A stretch of DNA of 64,000 nucleotides, taken from positions 6,416 through 70,415 of the forward strand of contig JAGVNL010000026.1 of assembly GCA_020053275.1 (NCBI GenBank), written 5' to 3'. The notes under the pieces were generated by a model. That model did not search any database, was not told the origin of the DNA, and saw only the letters and a program-made list of their open reading frames with translations. The DNA is from a bacterium (GTDB lineage Bacteria > Patescibacteriota > Patescibacteriia > UBA9934). How positions within the stretch are numbered: position 1 is the first letter of the stretch; every line of letters begins with the position of its first letter. This document shows positions 9,477 to 19,197 of this stretch, in pieces. Position numbers and translations under genes: made by a program.

Positions 9477-11312
9477 GTGTACCTCCGAGTTTTTCCTATC
9501 CTTCGACTGCCCAGGAGGTTCGGCGTCTTTGACTACGAAATACCAGACGGACTAAATGTCTCAGCTGGAGACTTAGTGCATGTCCCTTTTCATAATCGAA
9601 TAATCCTAGCGGTTGCCGTTGCCACAACAGAACAAACCGAAGTCAGAAGTAAACTCGCTCAAGTTATAGATGTCGCTTACCATGCCGCCCTCACAGAATC
9701 AGACATCAGTCGCCTAGTGAGTCTGGCCGAATCAATTGCGCAGTCGCCCCCCACTATTTTTTTATCAACCTTCGGCAAACTCACCAACGAACAATCCGCC
9801 CCTCATCTAGTGTCGTCAAATAACTCCTCACTCTCTCTATCAAAAGACCAAGTTGAACAACTGCAGCACATTTTAAAATTAATTCGGCAGGACCCGACGA
9901 AAACTCTTACGCCCCAAAACCTCAGCGTTCAACATATCTGTTGCCAACTTGGCACCGAAGCTTCTTTTACTCTCGCCAAACTCCTCCGCCAAAAAACTAA
10001 AGAACAGATGCTCATCGTTATGCCGCGCGAACGCGATGTGGATCTTCTCGCAAAACTCATCAACCTCGGCCCGAGCACTGCCGTACTCCACGGCCACACA
10101 AAACCATACGAACGCGAAAAAATTATCCGCGCTTGGCGTTCAGGCCGCTTGTCAACATTAATCGGTACACTGCAAGCCACCCTTATCCCAGCCCAAAAAA
10201 TTGATACCGTTCTCCTCATGAACTCTGGCACAGACGATCACTTTTCTAACCGCCGCAATCCTCGCCTCGACAATCGCCTCACGGCCGCTGCACAAGCCTT
10301 ACAACATAATGCGCTCTTCATCACCACAGACTTTTTACCGCGCCCCGAAGAACTCGCTAACTCCTCATCTACTATCTACTCTCTACCTTCTACCAATCAA
10401 ATAATCATTGATCTTAAAAAACCAGACGAACAAACAGACACGCAATTACTGTCAGAAACACTCATTTCTGAGATAAATAAGGCTTTACAAAGCCGAAAAA
10501 AGGTGCTACTTTTCTACAACCGTAAGGGAGTAGCCAAACGCGTTGTCTGCTCAAGTTGCTGCGCCATGGTCATTTGCGGAGCCTGTGGCAATGTCCCGTC
10601 AATCAAGCCACCGAATGCGCATTGTCTGCGTTGCGGCAGCATCTGGCCAATCCCAGATAAATGCGGCGCCTGCACAACTGGTCGACTCAATCTCAAAGGA
10701 ATCGGTAATGCTCACCTCGAAAAAGCGTTAACAGCACTCTTCCCCGCTTTTACCGTCGGTCGCGTCGAGAAAAATCATACCGCAGGAACAGGCGCCCAAA
10801 TCCAACTTGTTACTGAGTATTTCTTTTCGAGCATCGTCAAACCATTCTCCAAAAAAGAGTATGGGTTAGTAGCGGACCTAGCAGCCGACCTGTCTCTCAA
10901 CCCAGAAAACTTTAGAGCAGAAGAAGAAACCGCCAGAAAGCTTCATCGAATATCAAACTTCGGTAAACAACAAAATGCGACTGTACTAATCCAAACATGG
11001 TTGCCGAATCTAATCGACGAAATGCGCAACGCCGAAGCATGGCTTAATAACGAAACTGCCACCCGGCAAAACTACAAACTACCACCCTTCGCCGCCCAGG
11101 TTACAGTTCGCCACGCCGACGCCGCTGCCCTCACTGCCATCACCAACCAAACATTCACCAACATTCCAGAAAAGCTTGAAGCAACCGGCCGGATTCCTTA
11201 CCATAAACTAAACGAGGTTATCACTGCAATTGCCTCACTACCTGACACCGCAGTTGTCTCTATTGATCAAACCTATGCCAGCTCTCACAGTACTCACGAA
11301 TCCAAATCCTGA
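9477..11312 (+). CDS. priA: Primosomal protein N' (divergent; helicase motifs degenerate)
   Basis: N-terminal FDYEIP..GDLVHVPF 3'-DNA-binding domain, LLFYNRKG, four CxxC pairs, YKLPPF; located upstream of def-fmt. Confidence 0.85.
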   Translation: MYLRVFPILRLPRRFGVFDYEIPDGLNVSAGDLVHVPFHNRIILAVAVATTEQTEVRSKLAQVIDVAYHAALTESDISRLVSLAESIAQSPPTIFLSTFGKLTNEQSAPHLVSSNNSSLSLSKDQVEQLQHILKLIRQDPTKTLTPQNLSVQHICCQLGTEASFTLAKLLRQKTKEQMLIVMPRERDVDLLAKLINLGPSTAVLHGHTKPYEREKIIRAWRSGRLSTLIGTLQATLIPAQKIDTVLLMNSGTDDHFSNRRNPRLDNRLTAAAQALQHNALFITTDFLPRPEELANSSSTIYSLPSTNQIIIDLKKPDEQTDTQLLSETLISEINKALQSRKKVLLFYNRKGVAKRVVCSSCCAMVICGACGNVPSIKPPNAHCLRCGSIWPIPDKCGACTTGRLNLKGIGNAHLEKALTALFPAFTVGRVEKNHTAGTGAQIQLVTEYFFSSIVKPFSKKEYGLVADLAADLSLNPENFRAEEETARKLHRISNFGKQQNATVLIQTWLPNLIDEMRNAEAWLNNETATRQNYKLPPFAAQVTVRHADAAALTAITNQTFTNIPEKLEATGRIPYHKLNEVITAIASLPDTAVVSIDQTYASSHSTHESKS

Positions 11313-11754
11313 ATTACGGGTTCTCTCCGTCGCTTTAAGTAGCGAGGAAATCTTATTACCGCACACCCAGAAGATAATCGACGACTTGATAGAAACAATG
11401 CGCGTGGAAGATGGCGTTGGTATCGCCGCCCCACAAGTCGGCTCACACCTCCGTATCATAATCGCAGAAACCCCTCACGGTAACGAAGCATTCATCAATC
11501 CAGTCATCACCTCCAGGTCGGTCAGGCTCATCAACTCAATCGAAGGCTGTCTCTCCGTGCCCGGCATGTCAGGCACAGTAAAACGCAACTCAAGCGTCAA
11601 AGTAACAGCCCAGGACCGCACCGGCAAAACCGTCGACCTCAAAGCCAACGGCCTACTCTCGATAATCTTTCAGCACGAAATTGACCACCTAGACGGCATC
11701 CTCTTTATTGACCGCGCTGAAAAAGTAGTCACCGATGTCAAATCTCGTCTTTAA
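11275..11754 (+). CDS. def: Peptide deformylase
   Basis: GVGIAAPQVG, EGCLSVPG, QHEIDHLDG. Confidence 0.97.
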   Translation: MPALTVLTNPNPELRVLSVALSSEEILLPHTQKIIDDLIETMRVEDGVGIAAPQVGSHLRIIIAETPHGNEAFINPVITSRSVRLINSIEGCLSVPGMSGTVKRNSSVKVTAQDRTGKTVDLKANGLLSIIFQHEIDHLDGILFIDRAEKVVTDVKSRL

Positions 11755-11762
11755 CTCAATCC

Positions 11763-11807
11763 TAGTCTACCCCAGAGGTAGACGCAGTCTTCCTCCGGGG
11801 TAGACTA
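11763..11807. repeat. REP-like palindrome doublet between def and fmt
   Basis: gtctacc-ccaga-ggtagac, gca, gtcttcc-tccgg-ggtagac; outer inverted repeat tagtctacccc/ggggtagacta. Confidence 0.75.
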
Positions 11808-11811
11808 TACT

Positions 11812-12723
11812 ATGAAAATAATATTTTTCGGCACCCCACAATTTTCCGCTAACTTCCTTCAAGGACTCTTAAACGAGCCTTCTTTCGATGTCACTGGCGT
11901 CGTCTGCCAACCAGACGAACCAATCGGTCGTAAGAAGATTTTGACGGCGCCGCCTACCAAACAATTAGCCGAGTCTCACAGCATCCCAGTCTTTCAGCCA
12001 ACTAAACTCAAGGACGAAACATTCATCGAATCTCTCCGCCAGCTAAACGCCGACGCCTTCGTGGTCGTCGCTTATGGTCGCATCATCCCACAAATTATTT
12101 TAGATATTCCAAAACTCGGCGTAATCAATCTGCACCCGTCATTACTTCCAAAGTACCGTGGCCCGTCCCCCATGCAGTCCGCCATCGCAGCTGGGGAAAC
12201 GAAAACCGGCATATCCATCATGCTGCTCGACGCCCTCATGGATCACGGCCCAATCCTCGCCCAAACAAAACTCGCCATCACCCCAACTACCACCAGCAAA
12301 TCGCTTATGACCGAAGTTGTTGCTACTGGCGTGCCATTACTAATCGAAACTTTGCAGAAGCTTGAGCATAGCGAAATCACACCAACCGAACAAGACCACT
12401 CTGTAGCCACTACCTGTTCAATGTTGTCACGAGCTGATGGCATAATAAATTGGAACCAACCAGCAGCCCTCATCGACGCCAAAATCCGCGGCCTCAACCT
12501 CTGGCCAGGCACCAGCACCACCAACCTCAAAATATTCTCAGCTATCAACACCGACCGGTCCCTGCCACCAGGCCAAGTCCTCATCGCCGCTGACCACTTG
12601 TTCATCGGCACCGGCACCACCGCTCTAGAAATTACCGAACTCCAACCAACCGCTGGCAAACGCATGCCCGCCAAAGCCTTCATTGCCGGCCATCACGAAC
12701 TTAACGGTACGAGTCTCCTGTAA
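11812..12723 (+). CDS. fmt: Methionyl-tRNA formyltransferase
   Basis: FFGTPQF, INLHPSLLPKYRGPSP, MDHGPI. Confidence 0.97.
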   Translation: MKIIFFGTPQFSANFLQGLLNEPSFDVTGVVCQPDEPIGRKKILTAPPTKQLAESHSIPVFQPTKLKDETFIESLRQLNADAFVVVAYGRIIPQIILDIPKLGVINLHPSLLPKYRGPSPMQSAIAAGETKTGISIMLLDALMDHGPILAQTKLAITPTTTSKSLMTEVVATGVPLLIETLQKLEHSEITPTEQDHSVATTCSMLSRADGIINWNQPAALIDAKIRGLNLWPGTSTTNLKIFSAINTDRSLPPGQVLIAADHLFIGTGTTALEITELQPTAGKRMPAKAFIAGHHELNGTSLL

Positions 12724-12752
12724 ATTGTTTATTGAGCCTGAGCCTTATAAGA

Positions 12753-12924
12753 GCGAGTGACTGCACTAATCCTCACGACAACGCCAAGACCGCCTCGTGT
12801 GAATCTCTCTCGAGTTCGACGAGAGCCTTAGGAGATTCGCCGGTCGCCATTCCAAAATATAGTCAGCTATAAAATGTGGCGGGCGTGTCTGCAGCTAGAA
12901 GTAAGGATTAGTGCAGTCGCGAGC
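12753..12924. ncRNA. Structured ~170-nt element (candidate 6S-like RNA or MITE-like palindromic element)
   Basis: Perfect 15-bp terminal inverted repeat 12759-12773/12904-12918, internal bubble, branched inner stems. Confidence 0.45.
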
Positions 12925-12945
12925 GACCTCAAGTTTTGGTTATTG

Positions 12946-14232
12946 TTAAAGTTCAATCACCGCATCGCAATTGTTTATAAGTTCATCACGATTGTCTGCA
13001 ATGAGAATCGTGTTATTTTTATCAATAATTTTTTGGAAAACTTTTATTATTACTGGAAGATCACTCAAGTGCAAACCACGAGAAGGTGTGTCGAGAATAT
13101 AAATACACCTATCGCCAAGCTTCTTAGACAATATCTTCGCCAACTTCACCCGCTGTGCCTCACCACCGCTCAATGTTCCAGAGCGTTGGCCGAGCGGTAA
13201 ATAACCAAGACCGACTTCCTGCAAAAAGCCCAGCTTTCGTTGCACAAGAGGAAATGCAGAAAACAGAGCAACAGCGTCATCAATAGTCAGCTTCAATAAA
13301 TCATTGATTGAAATATCCTTATACTCAATCTTCGCCACTGCTGCCGAGTCAGCCTTGCCGTCTTTAGTATTAAAACTGAAATGTGCCTTCTTTAGCTTAG
13401 CCTTTTTGCTAGCTGGCAAATTAGCATAAACTGCACGAATCACATCCCATACGCCAAGATAGGTCGCTGGCGTGCTGGTGGGCGAACCGCTTAATGGCCG
13501 CTGATCCACAAAGTATGATCGACGGACATCAGACTTGCCCTCTATCCCTTTGAAGCCAGTTTTAAGTTTCCAAGCACCATTACCCTTAAACAACGCACCA
13601 TAAACCACACTCAATAATGTCGACTTACCAGAACCGGAAGGCCCAGTAACGCACACCAAATTATTCAACGAAATCGTCACCGAATAATTTTTCAACGAAT
13701 TTTTAGTAATACCATTAATCGTCAACTCTCGTTTCCTCATGCGCAGAGCCTTCTCACTTGGCTTTCTAGCATAGTCGATAGTTTCGGCAAGACTAGAAAA
13801 AGCATAACGAGCGGTTGGCGTCTTAGCTTTCTTAAACTCGGCAATGCCACCAGCAAAAACCACCTCGCCACCTTTCGATCCAGACTCAGGGCCAAACTCA
13901 ATAACATATTCAGCGCCAGCAATAATATCTTTGTTATGCTCAACAACAATTACAGAAATATCTCGTGCTACCAATTCTCGTAGCAGCTTTAGCACCTCCT
14001 GTCGTTCCTTGTGAGCCAAACCTGCGCATGGTTCGTCAACAATCAACAAATCGTCCTTTTTCATTGTTCGTGCCGCCTCTCGTAGTAAATACCAATTAGT
14101 CTCACCCAAACTTTTACCAGGCAAAGCAACCACCTTCTGCGCCACCACATGAGTCTTCGGCAAACCGGTCACAACTGCCTCCACCTTCTTATCCGAGGTT
14201 GTTAGCCTTGGCGTTCTTAATAGAAATTTCAT
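12946..14232 (-). CDS. Truncated UvrA-like ABC ATPase
   Basis: DEPCAGL, VVEHN, FGPESGSKGGEVVF, GPSGSGKSTL, STPATY, FSFN, LSGGEAQRVKLA; only 428 aa. Confidence 0.8.
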   Translation of the reverse strand: MKFLLRTPRLTTSDKKVEAVVTGLPKTHVVAQKVVALPGKSLGETNWYLLREAARTMKKDDLLIVDEPCAGLAHKERQEVLKLLRELVARDISVIVVEHNKDIIAGAEYVIEFGPESGSKGGEVVFAGGIAEFKKAKTPTARYAFSSLAETIDYARKPSEKALRMRKRELTINGITKNSLKNYSVTISLNNLVCVTGPSGSGKSTLLSVVYGALFKGNGAWKLKTGFKGIEGKSDVRRSYFVDQRPLSGSPTSTPATYLGVWDVIRAVYANLPASKKAKLKKAHFSFNTKDGKADSAAVAKIEYKDISINDLLKLTIDDAVALFSAFPLVQRKLGFLQEVGLGYLPLGQRSGTLSGGEAQRVKLAKILSKKLGDRCIYILDTPSRGLHLSDLPVIIKVFQKIIDKNNTILIADNRDELINNCDAVIEL

Positions 14233-14267
14233 TTGCCATACAACTTAATTGTCCGTCAAATAAGCAA

Positions 14268-16025
14268 TTATGGCAAGAATCCGCCAGCCTGGATGCTCCA
14301 AAGCTTATTATAAGTCCCTTCGCGTTCAATAAGCTCTTGGTGCGTACCAGTGTCAACTACTCTGCCCTTTTCTATAACGACGATCCTATTCATCTGCATA
14401 ATTGTAGAAAGACGGTGCGCGATAACAATAACAGTTTTGCTCTTCATTAGTTCTCGTAACGCATCCTGAATAAGCGACTCACTTTCACTATCAAGGCTGC
14501 TGGTAGCCTCGTCAAGAACAAGAATTGGCGCGTTCTTAAGAATTGCTCTAGCAATAGCAACCCGTTGTCGCTCACCACCAGAAAGCTTAATGCCCCGTTC
14601 ACCAACCTTGGTATCGTAGCCATGTGGCAATTCAGAAATAAACTCATGACAATGCGCTTTCTTACTGGCTGCAATCACTTCCTTATCACTAGCATCCCGC
14701 CGGCCATAACGAATATTCTCCATCACCGTCCGGTGAAATAGCAACGAATCCTGCGGCACGAGCGAAACAAGTGTTCGCAAACTATCCTGCGTCACTTTAC
14801 TAATATCCTGCCCATCAATAGTTATCAAGCCTCTTGAAACATCAAAAAATCTCATCAGTAGCTTAATTATCGTACTCTTTCCCGCCCCACTTGGCCCAAC
14901 AAAGGCCACCTTTTCTCGTGGCTTTATCTCGAGCGTCATGTCACTCAAAATTTCTCGCCCATCGCTATAACTAAACGACACCTTATGAAAGTTTATTTCA
15001 CCTTTTTTAACCATTAGCTTCTTAGCGCCCCTCTTATCAACTAACTCATACGGCATCTCAAGAATATCTACCATCTCTCTGGCCTCTGCAAAACCGTCAT
15101 ACAAATCGCGAATAACTCGACCAAAATCGAACAACCGAATAAACAAACCAATGAGCGCCGTCTGGATAAGAGCAAAATCACCAAGCGTTATGACACCAGC
15201 AACATACATATTGATAGCTACAAACATCGACACCGCGTTCAACAGCAACATAAAACCACCTTGCACAGCGTCGTTGATCACACCAAGATTCCAAGTAAAA
15301 ACCGCCATCCTGTGCCATCGACCGTTGACTTCCGCAAATCTCGCTTCCTCAAATTTCTTACCAACAAACTGCTGAATGGTCACAGCGTTACCCACCGCAT
15401 CAGCCAAAACTCCACTTGATTCCGTATCTAGCTCAGCCCGTTTTATATCCCATTTCAACTTCCACCTAGCAACCATGATATTAATAACAACAAACAGCAC
15501 TGCCCAAATGCTAAGTATAAACGCAAACAACGGACTACGAAGATAAAAAATAACAATCGTACCAACAATCGCCACTACAATCTGTATCAACTTCCAGGTC
15601 AGCAAGTCCATCAGCCGCTCAAAAGATCTGCCAAAACGGTGCACCTTTTTAACCAGTGAACCTGCAAAATTATCAGTGAAAAACCGGTACGAATGATTCA
15701 ATAAGTGCGCAAAAGCGGTCTGCTCAAGGTCGACGATAATCCGTGGCTGCAAATAGTTATTAAGAAAATCGGCAATACGGCGCACCACCCACATACCAAC
15801 ATCAAGCCCTACCATCAAGAACAGTACACCAAACAAAGTTGCTGCCAAAGCAGTCCCCGATTGGCCTGTCGCGAATGAGTCAAAAAACTTTTTACTTAAC
15901 AGCGCAGGTACCAAATTAGCTAAATCTAGCACCAGTAAAGCAACAATAAAAATCGAAAATCTAATCGGGTAGCGCCTAACATGAGCCCAATATATTTTGA
16001 TTGTTGGCCTAACAGATAATGACAT
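14268..16025 (-). CDS. ABC exporter, fused permease/ATPase (MsbA/MdlB-like)
   Basis: N-terminal TM domain, GPSGAGKST, LSGGERQR, LDEATSSLD, IAHRLST. Confidence 0.95.
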   Translation of the reverse strand: MSLSVRPTIKIYWAHVRRYPIRFSIFIVALLVLDLANLVPALLSKKFFDSFATGQSGTALAATLFGVLFLMVGLDVGMWVVRRIADFLNNYLQPRIIVDLEQTAFAHLLNHSYRFFTDNFAGSLVKKVHRFGRSFERLMDLLTWKLIQIVVAIVGTIVIFYLRSPLFAFILSIWAVLFVVINIMVARWKLKWDIKRAELDTESSGVLADAVGNAVTIQQFVGKKFEEARFAEVNGRWHRMAVFTWNLGVINDAVQGGFMLLLNAVSMFVAINMYVAGVITLGDFALIQTALIGLFIRLFDFGRVIRDLYDGFAEAREMVDILEMPYELVDKRGAKKLMVKKGEINFHKVSFSYSDGREILSDMTLEIKPREKVAFVGPSGAGKSTIIKLLMRFFDVSRGLITIDGQDISKVTQDSLRTLVSLVPQDSLLFHRTVMENIRYGRRDASDKEVIAASKKAHCHEFISELPHGYDTKVGERGIKLSGGERQRVAIARAILKNAPILVLDEATSSLDSESESLIQDALRELMKSKTVIVIAHRLSTIMQMNRIVVIEKGRVVDTGTHQELIEREGTYNKLWSIQAGGFLP

Positions 16026-16066
16026 GGCAGGATTATACCATAGTGAATACCCCAGGTGTATTCACA

Positions 16067-17578
16067 CTACAAACTCCGCAACACCCGATAAATCTCCACC
16101 ATCGCCCAGGTGTCCAGTGCGCAATAGTCGAGCAAGTCGCGTGCAATCTTCTCTTTTTCAGTCGCCGAAGTTTTTGCCGAAATCAACTTCTCCCACCTCT
16201 CACTCGCCTGATCACCTTTACTAATATTCATCACCGAGTAATTAAGGGCTGGCACAAGCACCGGCAACACCTTTTTGATACTTGCACTCCCCTTAAAAGC
16301 CGGGTCAACATAGTGGCCATCGGAAAAAATTGTCATCAAATCAAACATCTTGTCATTAATCTCCTTCAAGAAACTCGCGTACTCCGGGTGTAATTCGGCT
16401 AGTTTATCGTTCCGCTGTTTCTCATAACTACTGTACCAACTAATCACCGTTCCCGCAGGATCAATGTCCACCTTCATTCGCTCAATAAGTGGTAAGGTCA
16501 AATCCCCAGTCGGCTCGGTGATGATGAATTCACGATGTTCAATCTCCCCACCAGCTTGCATGATATGAAGTGAATACTGAAACGGTACCTGCTCGTACGC
16601 CCCAAAACCATCGAACATTGGAATCGCACTGCCATAACCCTCATAGTCAAAAAACTGGAGCGGAAATACCAAACCATCCAGCGCTTTCCTAACTGCAGCG
16701 TAATCGATTATTGCCTTGTCCAACAGGCAAGCTGTGTACTGCAATTTCTGCGCTTTATTCAAATCTTCTGGATTATGAATCTCAGTCAACGCCAATTCCC
16801 CCCTATCCACCCAATCCTCAAGCTTCTTCTTACTCATGCCAATCCGATTGAAGTTATGAACAGAATAAGCCGGCACCTCTGGATTAGAATAAGCAAATGT
16901 TGAGCAATGGTTGCTCCTCCCCTCATACAAACACGCACAACCAGCCTGCTCTGGCTGCTCCAAGCATTCCTTCATCTGCTCCATCTCTCCCCTTACCTGT
17001 TCTTCCGCGGCCATCACCTCCGCCGTCAAATCCTCCTCCATGAATAATGCGTGATTATTCACCTCACCATTCTTTCTGTATTCGCGATTAAGGTGAATGA
17101 CGCCAGCCTTAACTATTTTCACCCCGCAAGCCTCAATCACGATCTTCTGAAAAGCTAAATCGTTGACATGGTGATGCGGCGCTCTTCGTTTCACCTCATT
17201 CGTCGCCTTCACCTCAAACAACTCCCATCCACCAAGCCCTGAAGTGACGATTCCATCGTCTACTACCGGGCCAACACACTTCAAAATATCTGCCCGCAAA
17301 TAAAACACATCATTCTGGAATGTTGCCTGAAAAACCGTCTGCCTATCCGCCATCACCTCCTTAGTATCAATTATCGCCTGCCCATGATGGCTCTCAATCA
17401 ACACTCCCTCCGGATAAAGCAACCTACACGCCGCCTCCGCCAAGTTACCGTCCTCAATAATCTTCTTCTCAAAATCACTAAACTCCATACCCTCAAACAA
17501 CTCTGGCTTATGCTTCCGCAACCACAAATTCTTTTTGCAAAATGTGTACTCTAGGTAATCAGTTTTAGTGATTAACAT
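16067..17578 (-). CDS. DUF2779-type protein (PD-(D/E)xK nuclease-like N-terminus plus RNase H-like C-terminus)
   Basis: RADIL...EVKAT...DLAFQ; FFDYE, VPFQYSLH, SIKKVLP, LLDYCALDT. Confidence 0.75.
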   Translation of the reverse strand: MLITKTDYLEYTFCKKNLWLRKHKPELFEGMEFSDFEKKIIEDGNLAEAACRLLYPEGVLIESHHGQAIIDTKEVMADRQTVFQATFQNDVFYLRADILKCVGPVVDDGIVTSGLGGWELFEVKATNEVKRRAPHHHVNDLAFQKIVIEACGVKIVKAGVIHLNREYRKNGEVNNHALFMEEDLTAEVMAAEEQVRGEMEQMKECLEQPEQAGCACLYEGRSNHCSTFAYSNPEVPAYSVHNFNRIGMSKKKLEDWVDRGELALTEIHNPEDLNKAQKLQYTACLLDKAIIDYAAVRKALDGLVFPLQFFDYEGYGSAIPMFDGFGAYEQVPFQYSLHIMQAGGEIEHREFIITEPTGDLTLPLIERMKVDIDPAGTVISWYSSYEKQRNDKLAELHPEYASFLKEINDKMFDLMTIFSDGHYVDPAFKGSASIKKVLPVLVPALNYSVMNISKGDQASERWEKLISAKTSATEKEKIARDLLDYCALDTWAMVEIYRVLRSL

Positions 17579-17591
17579 ACATTTATAATAA

Positions 17592-19187
17592 TTATATCTT
17601 CTGTCCCCTCGTAGTCACCGTCTGCGCCAGCTTCGGCAATCGTAAAGGTACCTTCTCACCTTCTTGTTTAATCATCGACGCTGTGAGGCCCTCCCAATCA
17701 AAGAACGGCAACACAAAAATCATATAGCCTAAGCCGATCGGGTGATTGAGGTACGGCGAGAAAATGTGAGTCACGAAGAGCGCCACCAAGCCAGCGTAAA
17801 GACCAATGACTAGCCATCTATTACCGTGAGTTTGGTAGGTGTAGTAGAACGCACGACTAACAACAACCATATACCAAACAAAAGCAATCAGGCCGAGCAA
17901 GCCCATCTTGAGCCAAATGTCCTGATAACCCCACTCAAAACGATAGGTTGTATATTCACCAGTTTGGTTCAAGGCGCGAATACGAGGGTCGTCCGTGATG
18001 AAAGTAACATCATGGCCAAAACCACGGCCGAGCATCGGGCTGGCCACGATTTCCTGATACATCGGGTAAAGCAAGTTCCAGCGGCTACTAACGGCTAGAT
18101 TCCTATCGTCAGCTTGCGTCGACTTATAAAAAGCGGCCTCTTTTAGATTAGGATGTTTAGGAATCGGCGACACTATTACCGCCCAGAACAATACCGCTCC
18201 GATAACTATTAACACACCAACTCTAACACTATTGAGGAGGTGTTTACTGACAGTTTTTTTTGCCTCAAGCCACACAAACAACATTGTGATAATTGCCCCA
18301 ACAAAAGCACCAATCATAAAGCTTCGTGAGAGGCTGGCAATAAATGTTGCAACACATAAAACAAATGTGGCCCGAGCAGCAAGCGGCATCTTCTCACTTT
18401 TCCATACCGTAAACTTTGCAGCCACCAGCGCAAAAATCATTACTAGTGGAAAGAAATGAGCTGGCTCAAAAACCCTAAAATACCACGAACTAGCATTTGA
18501 TAAGAAGTTATTTACAAACCAGCTCGGCCCAGTCAACAGCGTTACCTCGGCAATCCGAGCGTCGCGCACAAACTCATAAACGCCGCGCAAAACTCCGCCA
18601 GGCAGATGGGTGAATAGGAAGACAACAAGCAAAGTGTTAACGCAAATAAAGATGGTGCTGGCAAAAAATACCTGGAGCAATTCGCGTTTTTTATTGCTAT
18701 CCCAAGCAATAGACAACATCGGTAAGAGGTAGGCAATCGTAATGTAGCTATTAGCGTCGTCAAAAACCTGTCCGGCATTGTTCTGCAGGAAGCCAATGAC
18801 AGTACCGACCACCACAGCAACGAGCAGCAACACCCACGGCGTGTCGCGTAGTACCATGAACTTCGGCCAGTTGTTTGTCCGTATCGACGAGATGAGCCAA
18901 GCCAACATCACGGCCACAAAAATTACCATCCTGATCGACAAACTGAATCCGCCAACGGAAGCATCTATTAAGTGCCCGTGCCCTCCCACCATAATCTCGG
19001 CAAAAGCAATCAGCAAGCCGTTTATCGGCGAGCGAGACGACATGACAGCCGTCATCACAAATATCAAACCGAGCACGATCAACGACGGAATTTGCTGGTG
19101 TTGGATAGGAATCGCTACCAGCGCCGTCAGCGTCAAAGCCACAATGGTGATTAACGAAGTCCTACCTATGAATTGTTTAGTAAACAT
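17592..19187 (-). CDS. O-antigen ligase (Wzy_C) family membrane protein
   Basis: About 12 TM segments, SLSRSF, PMLGRGFG, KMGLLG; inside the glycosylation cluster. Confidence 0.75.
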   Translation of the reverse strand: MFTKQFIGRTSLITIVALTLTALVAIPIQHQQIPSLIVLGLIFVMTAVMSSRSPINGLLIAFAEIMVGGHGHLIDASVGGFSLSIRMVIFVAVMLAWLISSIRTNNWPKFMVLRDTPWVLLLVAVVVGTVIGFLQNNAGQVFDDANSYITIAYLLPMLSIAWDSNKKRELLQVFFASTIFICVNTLLVVFLFTHLPGGVLRGVYEFVRDARIAEVTLLTGPSWFVNNFLSNASSWYFRVFEPAHFFPLVMIFALVAAKFTVWKSEKMPLAARATFVLCVATFIASLSRSFMIGAFVGAIITMLFVWLEAKKTVSKHLLNSVRVGVLIVIGAVLFWAVIVSPIPKHPNLKEAAFYKSTQADDRNLAVSSRWNLLYPMYQEIVASPMLGRGFGHDVTFITDDPRIRALNQTGEYTTYRFEWGYQDIWLKMGLLGLIAFVWYMVVVSRAFYYTYQTHGNRWLVIGLYAGLVALFVTHIFSPYLNHPIGLGYMIFVLPFFDWEGLTASMIKQEGEKVPLRLPKLAQTVTTRGQKI

Positions 19188-19197
19188 ATTGTTAAAG

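Noticed and set aside
12874-13200. 108-aa plus-strand ORF overlapping the structured element and the UvrA-like gene
   Set aside because: Mostly antisense to the UvrA-like CDS, with no recognisable features.
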